From the NCBI RefSeq assembly GCF_009914755.1, contig NC_060940.1: a DNA stretch of 64,000 nt; one strand, written 5' to 3'. The translations under genes were made by a program, and so were the position numbers. The notes beneath the pieces are model-generated. The model saw nothing but the letters and a program-made list of their open reading frames with translations. It did no database searches and was not told the origin of the DNA. Positions 1-15,200 of the stretch are shown here, piece after piece. Source of the stretch: the human T2T-CHM13v2.0 reference genome, Homo sapiens. Within the stretch, counting starts at the first letter, position 1, and each line of letters opens with the position of its first letter.

Positions 1-1909
1 CGATTGCATTCGATTATGATTCATTTCGTGTTCATTCTATGGTTCCACAGGTTTCCATTCGTGTCCATTCCATTATTCCATTCTATTCCATTTGATGATG
101 ATTCCATTCGATTCCATTCATTGGTGATTCCACTCAATTCCATTCAATGATTCCATTCCATTTCTTTCAACAATGATTCCATTAGTTTCTAATCGATGAT
201 CCACTTGATTCCATTTGACGACGATTCCATTCTTGTCCATTCGATGATTCCATTTGATTCCATATGATGATGATTCCATTCGATTCCATACCATGATGAT
301 TCCATTCGAGTCCATTCAACGGTGATTCCATTCAATTCCATTCGATGATTCCTTTCGATTCCATTCGATGATGATGGCATTCGATTCCTTTCAATCATTC
401 CCTTTGATTCCATTCAAAGGTGATTTCATTCAAGTCCATTCGATAATTGCATTCGATTCCATTCTATGATGATTCCATTCGAGTCCATTTGATGATTCCA
501 TTCAATTCAAGTCAATGATGATTCCATTCGATTCCATTCGATGATTCCATTGGATTCCATTCGATGATGATTCCATTCAAATCCATTCGATAATTCAATT
601 CAAGTCCATTCGATGATGATTCCAATCGAATCCATTCAAAGATTCCATTCAGTTCCATTCGATGATTCCCTTAGATTCCATTCGATGATTCCACTTGATT
701 GCATTTACGATGATTCCATTCGATTCCATGTGATGATTCCATTCAATTCTATTCAACGATGTCTCCATTTGATTCCATTCGACCATGATTGCCTTTGATT
801 CCATTCAATGATTCCATTCGGTTCCGTTTGATGATGATTCCGTTCGATTCCATTTGATGATTCCATTTGATTCCATTGGATGAGTCCATTCGATTACATT
901 CGATGATTATTCCATTCGAGTGCATTAGATGATTCCATTCGAGTCCATTCGATGATTCCATTCGATTCCATTCGATGTTGATTCTGTTCAAATCCATTCG
1001 ATGATTCCACTCGATTCCATTCGTTGACTCCATTTGATCCCATTCGATGATTTCCTTTGATTCCCTTTGATGATCATTCCATTTGATTCAATTCGGTGAT
1101 TTCATTTGATTCCATTCAGTGATGTTTCCATTCGACTCCATTCGATGATGATTCCATTCGACTCCATTCGATTATGATTTCATTCAATTCCATTCGATAA
1201 TGATTCCCTTCGAGTCCATTCGATGATTCCATTCGATTCCATTCAACGATGATTTGATTCGTGTCCATTCGATGATTCCATTTGATTCCACTTGATGATG
1301 ATTCCATTCGAGTCCATTTGATGATTCCATTCAATTCCATACTCCGATGATTTCTTTTGAGCCCACTCAATGCTTCCACTCGATTCCATATGATGATGAC
1401 TCCATTCGATGAAATTCGATGATGATTCCATTCGCTTGCTTTCGATGATGATTCCACTTGAGTCCGTTAGAAGATTCTATTCAATTACATTCCATGACGA
1501 TTCCGTTCGAGTCCATTTGATGATTCCATTAGACTCCATTCGACGATGATTCCATTCGATGTTATTCGATGATTCCATTCGATCTCATTCGATGATGATT
1601 CCATTCAACTCCATTCGATGTTTCCATTCGAGTTCATTCTATTATTCCATTAGATTCCATTCGATGATGATTCCATTCGATTCCATTTGATGATTGCATT
1701 CTATTTCATTTGATGATGATTCCATTCGAGTCCACTCGATGATTCCATTCGAGTCCATTTAATGAATCCATTGGTTTCAATTCTATGATGATTACATTGG
1801 ATTCCATTCGTTGATGATTTCATTCGGTTCCATTCAATGATGATTCCATTCAATTCCTTTCAATGTTTCCATTCAATTCCATACGATGATGATTCCATTT
1901 GATTTGATT

Positions 1910-1979
1910 CGACAGTGAGCCATTCGATTCAATTCCATGATGATTCTATTTGATTCAATTGGTTGACATTTCCATTCGA
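1910..1979 (+). repeat. Internal paralogous block, partner at 4750-4819
   Basis: cgacagtgagccattcgattcaattccatgatgattctatttgattcaatt vs cgacggtgagcaattcgattcaattccatgatgattctatttgattcaatt; offset 2840. Confidence 0.85.
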
Positions 1980-4410
1980 TTCCATTCGATGATGATTCCC
2001 TTTGATTCCGTTCAAAGATGATTCCATTCTAGCCCATTCAATGATTCCATTCGATTCTATTCAATGATGATTCCATTCATGTCGATTTGGTGATTCCATT
2101 TGACTTCATTTGATGATGATTCCTTTCAAGTTCATTAGATGATTCCATTCGATTCCATTTGATGATGATCCCATTCGAGTCCATTCAGTGATTCCATTCG
2201 TTTCCATTCCATGATGATTCCATTCCTTTCCATTCAATGATTCCATTCGATTCCGTTTGATGATGATTTCATTCGAGTCCATTTGATGATTCCATTTGAT
2301 TCCATTCGATGATGATTCCATTCGAGTCCATTCGATGATTCTATTCGAATCCATTTGATGATTTCTTTTGATTATATTTGGTGATGATTCCATTGGAGTC
2401 CATTCAATGATTCCATTCTATTCCAATCGATGATGATTCCATTAGAGTCCATTTAATGATTCCATTTGATTCCAGTCTCTGATGATTACATTCGAGTCCA
2501 TACGATGATTCCACTCAATTCCATATGATGATGATTCCATTTGATTCCATTCGGTGATTCCATTCTATTCTATTCAATGGTGATTCCATTCGAGTACATT
2601 AGATGATTCCATTCGATTCCATTCAATGATGATTCTATTTGTGTCCCTTAGATGATTCCACATGATTCCATTAGATGATGATACTATTTGAGCCCATCCA
2701 ATGATTCCCTTCGATTCCATTCGATGAGGATTCCATTCGATTCAATTCATTGGTGATTCTATTCAATTCAATTCTTTGATTCCATTCCATTCCATTCGAC
2801 AATGATTCCATTCGATTTCTTTCGATGATTCCACTCGATTCCACTTGACATTGATTCCATTCGATTCCATTCAATGATTCCATTTGATTCCAGTGGATGA
2901 TGATTGCCATCGATTCCATTCGATCACTCCATTCTATTCCATTTGATGATGATTACATTCGATTCCATTTGATGATTCCATCTGATTCTATTCGAGGATT
3001 CCATTTGATTCCATTCGATGATGATTCCATTCGAGTCCATTCGATGATTTCATTCGAGTACATCCAATGATTCCATTCGAGTCCATTAGATGATTCCATT
3101 TGATTCCATTTGAAAATGATTCTACTAGAGTCCATTCAATGACTCCATTCGAGTCCATTCAACAATTCCATTCGACTCCATTCGATGATTCCATTCGATT
3201 CCATTTGATGGTTCCATTCGAGTCCATTTAATCATTACAGTCGAGTCCATTTGGTGATTCCACTGGATTTCTTTTGATAATGATACCATTCAATTACATT
3301 TGATGATGATCCCATTCAATTTCATTTGATGATGATTCCATTAGAGTCCATTCGATGATTTCATTCGAGTCCCTTCATTGATTCCATCCGATTTCATTGG
3401 ATGATGACTCCATTCGAGTCCATTCGATGATTCCACTTGATTCCATTAGATGACTCCATTGGAGTCCATTTGATTGTTCCATTCGATTCCATTCGATTCC
3501 TTTCGAAGATTATTCCATTTGAGTCCATTCGATGATGATTCCATTCCATTCCATTCGATGATTCCGTTTGATTCCATTCGATGATTCCCTTCGATTCCTT
3601 TCTTTGATGATTCCATTCCATTCCATTCAATGATTCCATTCGAATCTATTCCATGATGATTCCTTTCGATTCCATTCGCTGATGTTTCCGTTCAATTCCA
3701 TTCGATGATGATTCCATTCGATTCCATTCATTGAGGATTCCATTTGATTCCATTCAATGATGATTCCATTCTATTCCATTCAATGATTGCATTCAATTCC
3801 ATTCAATGATTATCCCCTTAGAGTAAACTCAACGATTCCATTCAATACCATTCGATGATGATTCCTTTTGAGTCCATTCAATGATTTCATTCAAGTCCAT
3901 TTGATGATTCCTTTCAATTCCATTCTATGATGATTCCATTCGAGTCCATTCGATGATTCCATTCGATTGCATTCGATGATTCCATTATATTCCATTCAAC
4001 GGTGATTCCATTCGAGTCCATTCCATGATTCCATTAGAGTACATTTAATGATTGCTTTGTTTTCAATTCGAAGATGATTACATTGGATTCCATTCTATGA
4101 TACCATTCGATTCCATTCAATGATGATTCCACTCAAATCCATTGGATGATTCCATTCGTGTCCATTCGGTGATTTCATTAGATTCCATTCGAGGATGATT
4201 CCATTCGATTCCATTCGATGATTCCATTCAATTCCATTCGATGATGATTCCATTCCAGTCCATATGATCATTCCATTTGATTTCATTCGATGATGATTCC
4301 ATTCGATTCGATTCGACGATTCCATTCTATTCCATTCGATGATGATTCCATTCGAGTCCATTCGATCATTCCATTCGAGTCCATTTAATGATTCCATTGG
4401 GTTCAATTCA

Positions 4411-5191
4411 ATGATGATTACATTGGATTCCGTTCTATGATTCCATTCAATTCCGTTCATTGACAATTTGATTCCATTCGATGATGATTCCATTTGAGTT
4501 CATTCGATGATTCTATTCGATTCTCTTCGATGGTGATTCAATTCTATTATATTGGATGATTCCATTCGATTCCATTTGATGTTGATTCAATTCGATTCTA
4601 TTCGATGATGATTCCATTGGATTTCACTTGATGATTCTATTCGATTCCATTCAATGATGATTCACTTCTCGTCCATTGGATGATTCCATTTCATTCCATT
4701 CGATGGTGATTCCATTCGATTCCATTCGATGATTCCATTTGATTCCATGCGACGGTGAGCAATTCGATTCAATTCCATGATGATTCTATTTGATTCAATT
4801 AGATGATGTTTCCATTCGAATCCATTCCATGATTATTCCATTGGAATCCATTCGGCGATGATTCCATATGAGTCAATTCAATGATGATTCCATATGGGTC
4901 CGTTCGATGATAATTCCATTTGATTTCATTCGATGCTTCTATTCTATTCCAGTCGATGATGATTCCGTTGGAGTCCATACGATGATTCCATTTGATTTCA
5001 TTTGATGATGATTCCATTCGATGATGATTACATTGGATTCCATTCTATGATTCCATTCAATTCCATTCGTTGATGATTCGATTCCATTCAATGATGATTC
5101 CATTTGAGTTCATTCGATGATTCTATTCGATTCCGTTCGATGGTGATTCAATTCTATTATATTGGATGATTCCACTCGATTCCATTTGATG
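4411..5191 (+). repeat. Internal ~171-bp direct duplication within the unit (4411-4581 vs 5021-5191); present in every full unit
   Basis: Gapless alignment at offset 610 with about 10 mismatches. Shares non-consensus motifs catttgagttcattcg and tggtgattcaattctattatattggatg. Confidence 0.9.
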
Positions 5192-6112
5192 ATTATTCCA
5201 TTGGAGTCCACTTAGTGAATCCTTTAGATTCTACTCGACGATGATTCCATTCGAGTCCATTCGATGATACCATTCAATTCCATTCGTTGATGCTTCCATT
5301 CAAGTGCATTCGATGATATCATTCGATTCCATTTGATGATAATTCCATTTGATTCCATGCGATGATTCTATTCGATTCCATTCAATGATAATTCCATTCA
5401 ATTCAGTGATTCCTCTGGACTCCATTTGATGATGATTCCATTCAATGATTCCATTCGATTCTATTCGAAAATGATTCCATTTGAATCCATTTGATGATGA
5501 TTCCATTAGATTCCATTTGATGATTCCATTCGATTCCATTCGACGATGATTCCATTCGATTCCGTTTGATGATTCCATTCTATTCTATTCGATGATGATT
5601 CCATTCGATTCCATTCGATGATGATTGGATTCGATTCCATTTGATGATTTCATTTGATTCCATTCGTTAATGATTTCGATCAATTCCATTCGATGATTCC
5701 ATTCGATTCCATTCGATAATGATTACATCCGAGTCCATTCGATGATTCCCTTTGAGCCTGTTCGATAATTCCATTTGAGTCCAACCAATGATTCCATTCA
5801 TTTCCATTCAATGATTCCATTCGAGTCCATTTGATCATTCCGGTAGGGTCCATTCGATGTTGATTCCATTGGAGTGCATTCGATGATTCCATTCGAGTCC
5901 ATTTTAGGATTTGATTCGAGTCCTTTCGATGATTCCATTCGATTCCACTCGATGATGATTTCATTCGAGTCCATTCGACACTTCCAATCGATTCCATTTG
6001 ATGATTCCATTCGAGTCCAATTGATGATTCCATTCAATTCCATTCGATGATGATTCCGTACGATTCCATTCTGTGATGATTCCATGTGATTGCATTCAAT
6101 GATGATTCCTTT

Positions 6113-9100
6113 CGATTGCATTCGATTATGATTCATTTCGTGTTCATTCTATGGTTCCACAGGTTTCCATTCGTGTCCATTCCATTATTCCATTCTATTC
6201 CATTTGATGATGATTCCATTCGATTCCATTCATTGGTGATTCCACTCAATTCCATTCAATGATTCCATTCCATTTCTTTCAACAATGATTCCATTAGTTT
6301 CTAATCGATGATCCACTTGATTCCATTTGACGACGATTCCATTCTTGTCCATTCGATGATTCCATTTGATTCCATATGATGATGATTCCATTCGATTCCA
6401 TACCATGATGATTCCATTCGAGTCCATTCAACGGTGATTCCATTCAATTCCATTCGATGATTCCTTTCGATTCCATTCGATGATGATGGCATTCGATTCC
6501 TTTCAATCATTCCCTTTGATTCCATTCAAAGGTGATTTCATTCAAGTCCATTCGATAATTGCATTCGATTCCATTCTATGATGATTCCATTCGAGTCCAT
6601 TTGATGATTCCATTCAATTCAAGTCAATGATGATTCCATTCGATTCCATTCGATGATTCCATTGGATTCCATTCGATGATGATTCCATTCAAATCCATTC
6701 GATAATTCAATTCAAGTCCATTCGATGATGATTCCAATCGAATCCATTCAAAGATTCCATTCAGTTCCATTCGATGATTCCCTTAGATTCCATTCGATGA
6801 TTCCACTTGATTGCATTTACGATGATTCCATTCGATTCCATGTGATGATTCCATTCAATTCTATTCAATGATGTCTCCATTTGATTCCATTCGACCATGA
6901 TTGCCTTTGATTCCATTCAATGATTCCATTCGTTTCCGTTTGATGATGATTCCGTTCGATTCCATTTGATGATTCCATTTGATTCCATTGGATGAGTCCA
7001 TTCGATTACATTCGATGATTATTCCATTCGAGTGCATTAGATGATTCCATTCGAGTCCATTCGATGATTCCATTCGATTCCATTCGATGTTGATTCTGTT
7101 CAAATCCATTCGATGATTCCACTCGATTCCATTCGTTGACTCCATTTGATCCCATTCGATGATTTCCTTTGATTCCCTTTGATGATCATTCCATTTGATT
7201 CAATTCGGTGATTTCATTTGATTCCATTCAGTGATGTTTCCATTCGACTCCATTCGATGATGATTCCATTCGACTCCATTCGATTATGATTTCATTCAAT
7301 TCCATTCGATAATGATTCCCTTCGAGTCCATTCGATGATTCCATTCGATTCCATTCAACGATGATTTGATTCGTGTCCATTCGATGATTCCATTTGATTC
7401 CACTTGATGATGATTCCATTCGAGTCCATTTGATGATTCCATTCAATTCCATACTCCGATGATTTCTTTTGAGCCCACTCAATGCTTCCACTCGATTCCA
7501 TATGATGATGACTCCATTCGATGAAATTCGATGATGATTCCATTCGCTTGCTTTCGATGATGATTCCACTTGAGTCCGTTAGAAGATTCTATTCAATTAC
7601 ATTCCAGGACGATTCCGTTCGAGTCCATTTGATGATTCCATTAGACTCCATTCGACGATGATTCCATTCGATGTTATTCGATGATTCCATTCGATCTCAT
7701 TCGATGATGATTCCATTCAACTCCATTCGATGTTTCCATTCGAGTTCATTCTATTATTCCATTAGATTCCATTCGATGATGATTCCATTCGATTCCATTT
7801 GATGATTGCATTCTATTTCATTTGATGATGATTCCATTCGAGTCCACTCGATGATTCCATTCGAGTCCATTTAATGAATCCATTGGTTTCAATTCTATGA
7901 TGATTACATTGGATTCCATTCGTTGATGATTTCATTCGGTTCCATTCAATGATGATTCCATTCAATTCCTTTCAATGTTTCCATTCAATTCCATACGATG
8001 ATGATTCCATTTGATTTGATTCGACAGTGAGCCATTCGATTCAATTCCATGATGATTCTATTTGATTCAATTGGTTGACATTTCCATTCGATTCCATTCG
8101 ATGATGATTCCCTTTGATTCCGTTCAAAGATGATTCCATTCTAGCCCATTCAATCATTCCATTCGATTCTATTCAATGATGATTCCATTCATGTCGATTT
8201 GGTGATTCCATTTGACTTCATTTGATGATGATTCCTTTCAAGTTCATTAGATGATTCCATTCGATTCCATTTGATGATGATCCCATTCGAGTCCATTCAG
8301 TGATTCCATTCGTTTCCATTCCATGATGATTCCATTCCTTTCCATTCAATGATTCCATTCGATTCCGTTTGATGATGATTTCATTCGAGTCCATTTGATG
8401 ATTCCATTTGATTCCATTCGATGATGATTCCATTCGAGTCCATTCGATGATTCTATTCGAATCCATTTGATGATTTCTTTTGATTATAGTTGGTGATGAT
8501 TCCATTGGAGTCCATTCAATGATTCCATTCTATTCCAATCGATGATGATTCCATTAGAGTCCATTTAATGATTCCATTTGATTCCAGTCTCTGATGATTA
8601 CATTCGAGTCCATACGATGATTCCACTCAATTCCATATGATGATGATTCCATTTGATTCCATTCGGTGATTCCATTCTATTCTATTCAATGGTGATTCCA
8701 TTCGAGTACATTAGATGATTCCATTCGATTCCATTCAATGATGATTCTATTTGTGTCCCTTAGATGATTCCACATGATTCCATTAGATGATGATACTATT
8801 TGAGCCCATCCAATGATTCCCTTCGATTCCATTCGATGAGGATTCCATTCGATTCAATTCATTGGTGATTCTATTCAATTCAATTCTTTGATTCCATTCC
8901 ATTCCATTCGACAATGATTCCATTCGATTTCTTTCGATGATTCCACTCGATTCCACTTGACATTGATTCCATTCGATTCCATTCAATGATTCCATTTGAT
9001 TCCAGTGGATGATGATTGCCATCGATTCCATTCGATCACTCCATTCTATTCCATTTGATGATGATTACATTCGATTCCATTTGATGATTCCATCTGATTC

Positions 9101-12100
9101 TATTCGAGGATTCCATTTGATTCCATTCGATGATGATACCATTCGAGTCCATTCGATGATTTCATTCGAGTACATCCAATGATTCCATTCGAGTCCATTA
9201 GATGATTCCATTTGATTCCATTTGAAAATGATTCTACTAGAGTCCATTCAATGACTCCATTCGAGTCCATTCAACAATTCCATTCGAGTCCATTCGATGA
9301 TTCCATTCGATTCCATTTGATGGTTCCATTCGAGTCCATTTAATCATTACAGTCGAGTCCATTTGGTGATTCCACTGGATTTCTTTTGATTATGATACCA
9401 TTCTATTACATTTGATGATGATCCCATTCAATTTCATTTGATGATGATTCCATTAGAGTCCATTCGATGATTTCATTCGAGTCCCTTCATTGATTCCATC
9501 CGATTTCATTGGATGATGACTCCATTCGAGTCCATTCGATGATTCCACTCGATTCCATTAGATGACTCCATTGGAGTCCATTTGATTGTTCCATTCGATT
9601 CCATTCGATTCCTTTCGAAGATTATTCCATTTGAGTCCATTCGATGATGATTCCATTCCATTCCATTCGATGATTCCGTTTGATTCCATTCGATGATTCC
9701 CTTCGATTCCTTTCTTTGATGATTCCATTCCATTCCATTCAATGATTCCATTCGAATCTATTCCATGATGATTCCTTTCGATTCCATTCGCTGATGTTTC
9801 CGTTCAATTCCATTCGATGATGATTCCATTCGATTCCATTCATTGAGGATTCCATTTGATTCCATTCAATGATGATTCCATTCTATTCCATTCAATGATT
9901 GCATTCAATTCCATTCAATGATTATCCCATTAGAGTAAACTCAACGATTCCATTCAATACCATTCGATGATGATTCCTTTTGAGTCCATTCAATGATTTC
10001 ATTCAAGTCCATTTGATGATTCCTTTCAATTCCATTCTATGATGATTCCATTCGAGTCCATTCGATGATTCCATTCGATTGCTTTCGATGATTCCATTAT
10101 ATTCCATTCAACGGTGATTCCATTCGAGTCCATTCCATGATTCCATTAGAGTACATTTAATGATTGCTTTGTTTTCAATTCGAAGATGATTACATTGGAT
10201 TCCATTCTATGATACCATTCGATTCCATTCAATGATGATTCCACTCAAATCCATTGGATGATTCCATTCGTGTCCATTCGGTGATTTCATTAGATTCCAT
10301 TCGAGGATGATTCCATTCGATTCCATTCGATGATTCCATTCAATTCCATTCGATGATGATTCCATTCCAGTCCATATGATCATTCCATTTGATTTCATTC
10401 GATGATGATTCCATTCGATTCGATTCGACGATTCCATTCTATTCCATTCGATGATGATTCCATTCGAGTCCATTCGATCATTCCATTCGAGTCCATTTAA
10501 TGATTCCATTGGGTTCAATTCAATGATGATTACATTGGATTCCGTTCTATGATTCCATTCAATTCCGTTCATTGACAATTTGATTCCATTCGATGATGAT
10601 TCCATTTGAGTTCATTCGATGATTCTATTCGATTCTCTTCGATGGTGATTCAATTCTATTATATTGGATGATTCCATTCGATTCCATTTGATGTTGATTC
10701 AATTCGATTCTATTCGATGATGATTCCATTGGATTTCACTTGATGATTCTATTCGATTCCATTCAATGATGATTCACTTCTCGTCCATTGGATGATTCCA
10801 TTTCATTCCATTCGATGATGATTCCATTCGATTCCATTCGTTGATTCCATTTGATTCCATGCGACGGTGAGCAATTCGATTCAATTCCATGATGATTCTA
10901 TTTGATTCAATTAGATGATGTTTCCATTCGAATCCATTCCATGATTATTCCATTGGAATCCATTCGGCGATGATTCCATATGAGTCAATTCAATGATGAT
11001 TCCATATGGGTCCGTTCGATGATAATTCCATTTGATTTCATTCGATGCTTCTATTCTATTCCAGTCGATGATGATTCCGTTGGAGTCCATACGATGATTC
11101 CATTTGATTTCATTTGATGATGATTCCATTCGATGATGATTACATTGGATTCCATTCTATGATTCCATTCAATTCCATTCGTTGATGATTCGATTCCATT
11201 CAATGATGATTCCATTTGAGTTCATTCGATGATTCTATTCGATTCCGTTCGATGGTGATTCAATTCTATTATATTGGATGATTCCACTCGATTCCATTTG
11301 ATGATTATTCCATTGGAGTCCACTTAGTGAATCCTTTAGATTCTACTCGACGATGATTCCATTCGAGTCCATTCGATGATACCATTCAATTCCATTCGTT
11401 GATGCTTCCATTCAAGTGCATTCGATGATATCATTCGATTCCATTTGATGATAATTCCATTTGATTCCATGCGATGATTCTATTCGATTCCATTCCATGA
11501 TAATTCCATTCAATTCAGTGATTCCTCTGGACTCCATTTGATGATGATTCCATTCAATGATTCCATTCGATTCTATTCGAAAATGATTCCATTTGAATCC
11601 ATTTGATGATGATTCCATTAGATTCCATTTGATGATTCCATTCGATTCCATTCGGCGATGATTCCATTCGATTCCGTTTGATGATTCCATTCTATTCTAT
11701 TCGATGATGATTCCATTCGATTCCATTCGATGATGATTGGATTCGATTCCATTTGATGATTTCATTTGATTCCATTCGTTAATGATTTCGATCAATTCCA
11801 TTCGATGATTCCATTCGATTCCATTCGATAATGATTACATCCGAGTCCATTCGATGATTCCCTTTGAGCCTGTTCGATAATTCCATTTGAGTCCAACCAA
11901 TGATTCCATTCATTTCCATTCAATGATTCCATTCGAGTCCATTTGATCATTCCGGTAGGGTCCATTCGATGTTGATTCCATTGGAGTGCATTCGATGATT
12001 CCATTCGAGTCCATTTTAGGATTTGATTCGAGTCCTTTCGATGATTCCATTCGATTCCACTCGATGATGATTTCATTCGAGTCCATTCGACACTTCCAAT

Positions 12101-12224
12101 CGATTCCATTTGATGATTCCATTCGAGTCCAATTGATGATTCCATTCAATTCCATTCGATGATGATTCCGTACGATTCCATTCTGTGATGATTCCATGTG
12201 ATTGCATTCAATGATGATTCCTTT
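6113..12224 (+). repeat. HSat2 unit 2 (6112 bp)
   Basis: Landmarks and ORFs offset +6112. Confidence 0.95.
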
Positions 12225-15200
12225 CGATTGCATTCGATTATGATTCATTTCGTGTTCATTCTATGGTTCCACAGGTTTCCATTCGTGTCCATTCCATTAT
12301 TCCATTCTATTCCATTTGATGATGATTCCATTCGATTCCATTCATTGGTGATTCCACTCAATTCCATTCAATGATTCCATTCCATTTCTTTCAACAATGA
12401 TTCCATTAGTTTCTAATCGATGATCCACTTGATTCCATTTGACGACGATTCCATTCTTGTCCATTCGATGATTCCATTTGATTCCATATGATGATGATTC
12501 CATTCGATTCCATACCATGATGATTCCATTCGAGTCCATTCAATGGTGATTCCATTCAATTCCATTCGATGATTCCTTTTGATTCCATTCGATGATGATG
12601 GCATTCGATTCCTTTCAATCATTCCCTTTGATTCCATTCAAAGGTGATTTCATTCAAGTCCATTCGATAATTGCATTCGATTCCATTCTATGATGATTCC
12701 ATTCGAGTCCATTTGATGATTCCATTCAATTCAAGTCAATGATGATTCCATTCGATTCCATTCGATGATTCCATTGGATTCCATTCGATGATGATTCCAT
12801 TCAAATCCATTCGATAATTCAATTCAAGTCCATTCGATGATGATTCCAATCGAATCCATTCAAAGATTCCATTCAGTTCCATTCGATGATTCCCTTAGAT
12901 TCCATTCGATGATTCCACTTGATTGCATTTACGATGATTCCATTCGATTCCATGTGATGATTCCATTCAATTCTATTCAACGATGTCTCCATTTGATTCC
13001 ATTCGACCATGATTGCCTTTGATTCCATTCAATGATTCCATTCGGTTCCGTTTGATGATGATTCCGTTCGATTCCATTTGATGATTCCATTTGATTCCAT
13101 TGGATGAGTCCATTCGATTACATTCGATGATTATTCCATTCGAGTGCATTAGATGATTCCATTCGAGTCCATTCGATGATTCCATTCGATTCCATTCGAT
13201 GTTGATTCTGTTCAAATCCATTCGATGATTCCACTCGATTCCATTCGTTGACTCCATTTGATCCCATTCGATGATTTCCTTTGATTCCCTTTGATGATCA
13301 TTCCATTTGATTCAATTCGGTGATTTCATTTGATTCCATTCAGTGATGTTTCCATTCGACTCCATTCGATGATGATTCCATTCGACTCCATTCGATTATG
13401 ATTTCATTCAATTCCATTCGATAATGATTCCCTTCGAGTCCATTCGATGATTCCATTCGATTCCATTCAACGATGATTTGATTCGTGTCCATTCGATGAT
13501 TCCATTTGATTCCACTTGATGATGATTCCATTCGAGTCCATTTGATGATTCCATTCAATTCCATACTCCGATGATTTCTTTTGAGCCCACTCAATGCTTC
13601 CACTCGATTCCATATGATGATGACTCCATTCGATGAAATTCGATGATGATTCCATTCGCTTGCTTTCGATGATGATTCCACTTGAGTCCGTTAGAAGATT
13701 CTATTCAATTACATTCCATGACGATTCCGTTCGAGTCCATTTGATGATTCCATTAGACTCCATTCGACGATGATTCCATTCGATGTTATTCGATGATTCC
13801 ATTCGATCTCATTCGATGATGATTCCATTCAACTCCATTCGATGTTTCCATTCGAGTTCATTCTATTATTCCATTAGATTCCATTCGATGATGATTCCAT
13901 TCGATTCCATTTGATGATTGCATTCTATTACATTTGATGATGATTCCATTCGAGTCCACTCGATGATTCCATTCGAGTCCATTTAATGAATCCATTGGTT
14001 TCAATTCTATGATGATTACATTGGATTCCATTCGTTGATGATTTCATTCGGTTCCATTCAATGATGATTCCATTCAATTCCTTTCAATGTTTCCATTCAA
14101 TTCCATACGATGATGATTCCATTTGATTTGATTCGACAGTGAGCCATTCGATTCAATTCCATGATGATTCTATTTGATTCAATTGGTTGACATTTCCATT
14201 CGATTCCATTCGATGATGATTCCCTTTGATTCCGTTCAAAGATGATTCCATTCTAGCCCATTCAATCATTCCATTCGATTCTATTCAATGATGATTCCAT
14301 TCATGTCGATTTGGTGATTCCATTTGACTTCATTTGATGATGATTCCTTTCAAGTTCATTAGATGATTCCATTCGATTCCATTTGATGATGATCCCATTC
14401 GAGTCCATTCAGTGATTCCATTCGTTTCCATTCCATGATGATTCCATTCCTTTCCATTCAATGATTCCATTCGATTCCGTTTGATGATGATTTCATTCGA
14501 GTCCATTTGATGATTCCATTTGATTCCATTCGATGATGATTCCATTCGAGTCCATTCGATGATTCTATTCGAATCCATTTGATGATTTCTTTTGATTATA
14601 GTTGGTGATGATTCCATTGGAGTCCATTCAATGATTCCATTCTATTCCAATCGATGATGATTCCATTAGAGTCCATTTAATGATTCCATTTGATTCCAGT
14701 CTCTGATGATTACATTCGAGTCCATACGATGATTCCACTCAATTCCATATGATGATGATTCCATTTGATTCCATTCGGTGATTCCATTCTATTCTATTCA
14801 ATGGTGATTCCATTCGAGTACATTAGATGATTCCATTCGATTCCATTCAATGATGATTCTATTTGTGTCCCTTAGATGATTCCACATGATTCCATTAGAT
14901 GATGATACTATTTGAGCCCATCCAATGATTCCCTTCGATTCCATTCGATGAGGATTCCATTCGATTCAATTCATTGGTGATTCTATTCAATTCAACTCTT
15001 TGATTCCATTCCATTCCATTCGACAATGATTCCATTCGATTTCTTTCGATGATTCCACTCGATTCCACTTGACATTGATTCCATTCGATTCCATTCAATG
15101 ATTCCATTTGATTCCAGTGGATGATGATTGCCATCGATTCCATTCGATCACTCCATTCTATTCCATTTGATGATGATTACATTCGATTCCATTTGATGAT

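Larger units (their letters stand above)
1..6112 (+). repeat. HSat2 6112-bp unit 1 (phase set arbitrarily at window start)
   Basis: cgattgcattcgattatgattcatttcgtg at 1 recurs at 6113. Confidence 0.95.

Noticed and set aside
613-798. Plus-strand 61-aa ORF present in units 1, 3, 4, 5, 6 only (and a 72-aa ORF at 18310)
   Set aside because: Presence depends on one CpG variant (757 CGA/TGA) or a private substitution; chance reading frame
5841-5851. G-rich oddity cggtagggtcc (also ggttccacaggtttcc at 41-56 and gagtaaactc near 3821)
   Set aside because: They align in register to the monomer as multiply mutated copies (ccattcgagtcc), so they are not foreign DNA. Useful only as unit landmarks or probe targets.
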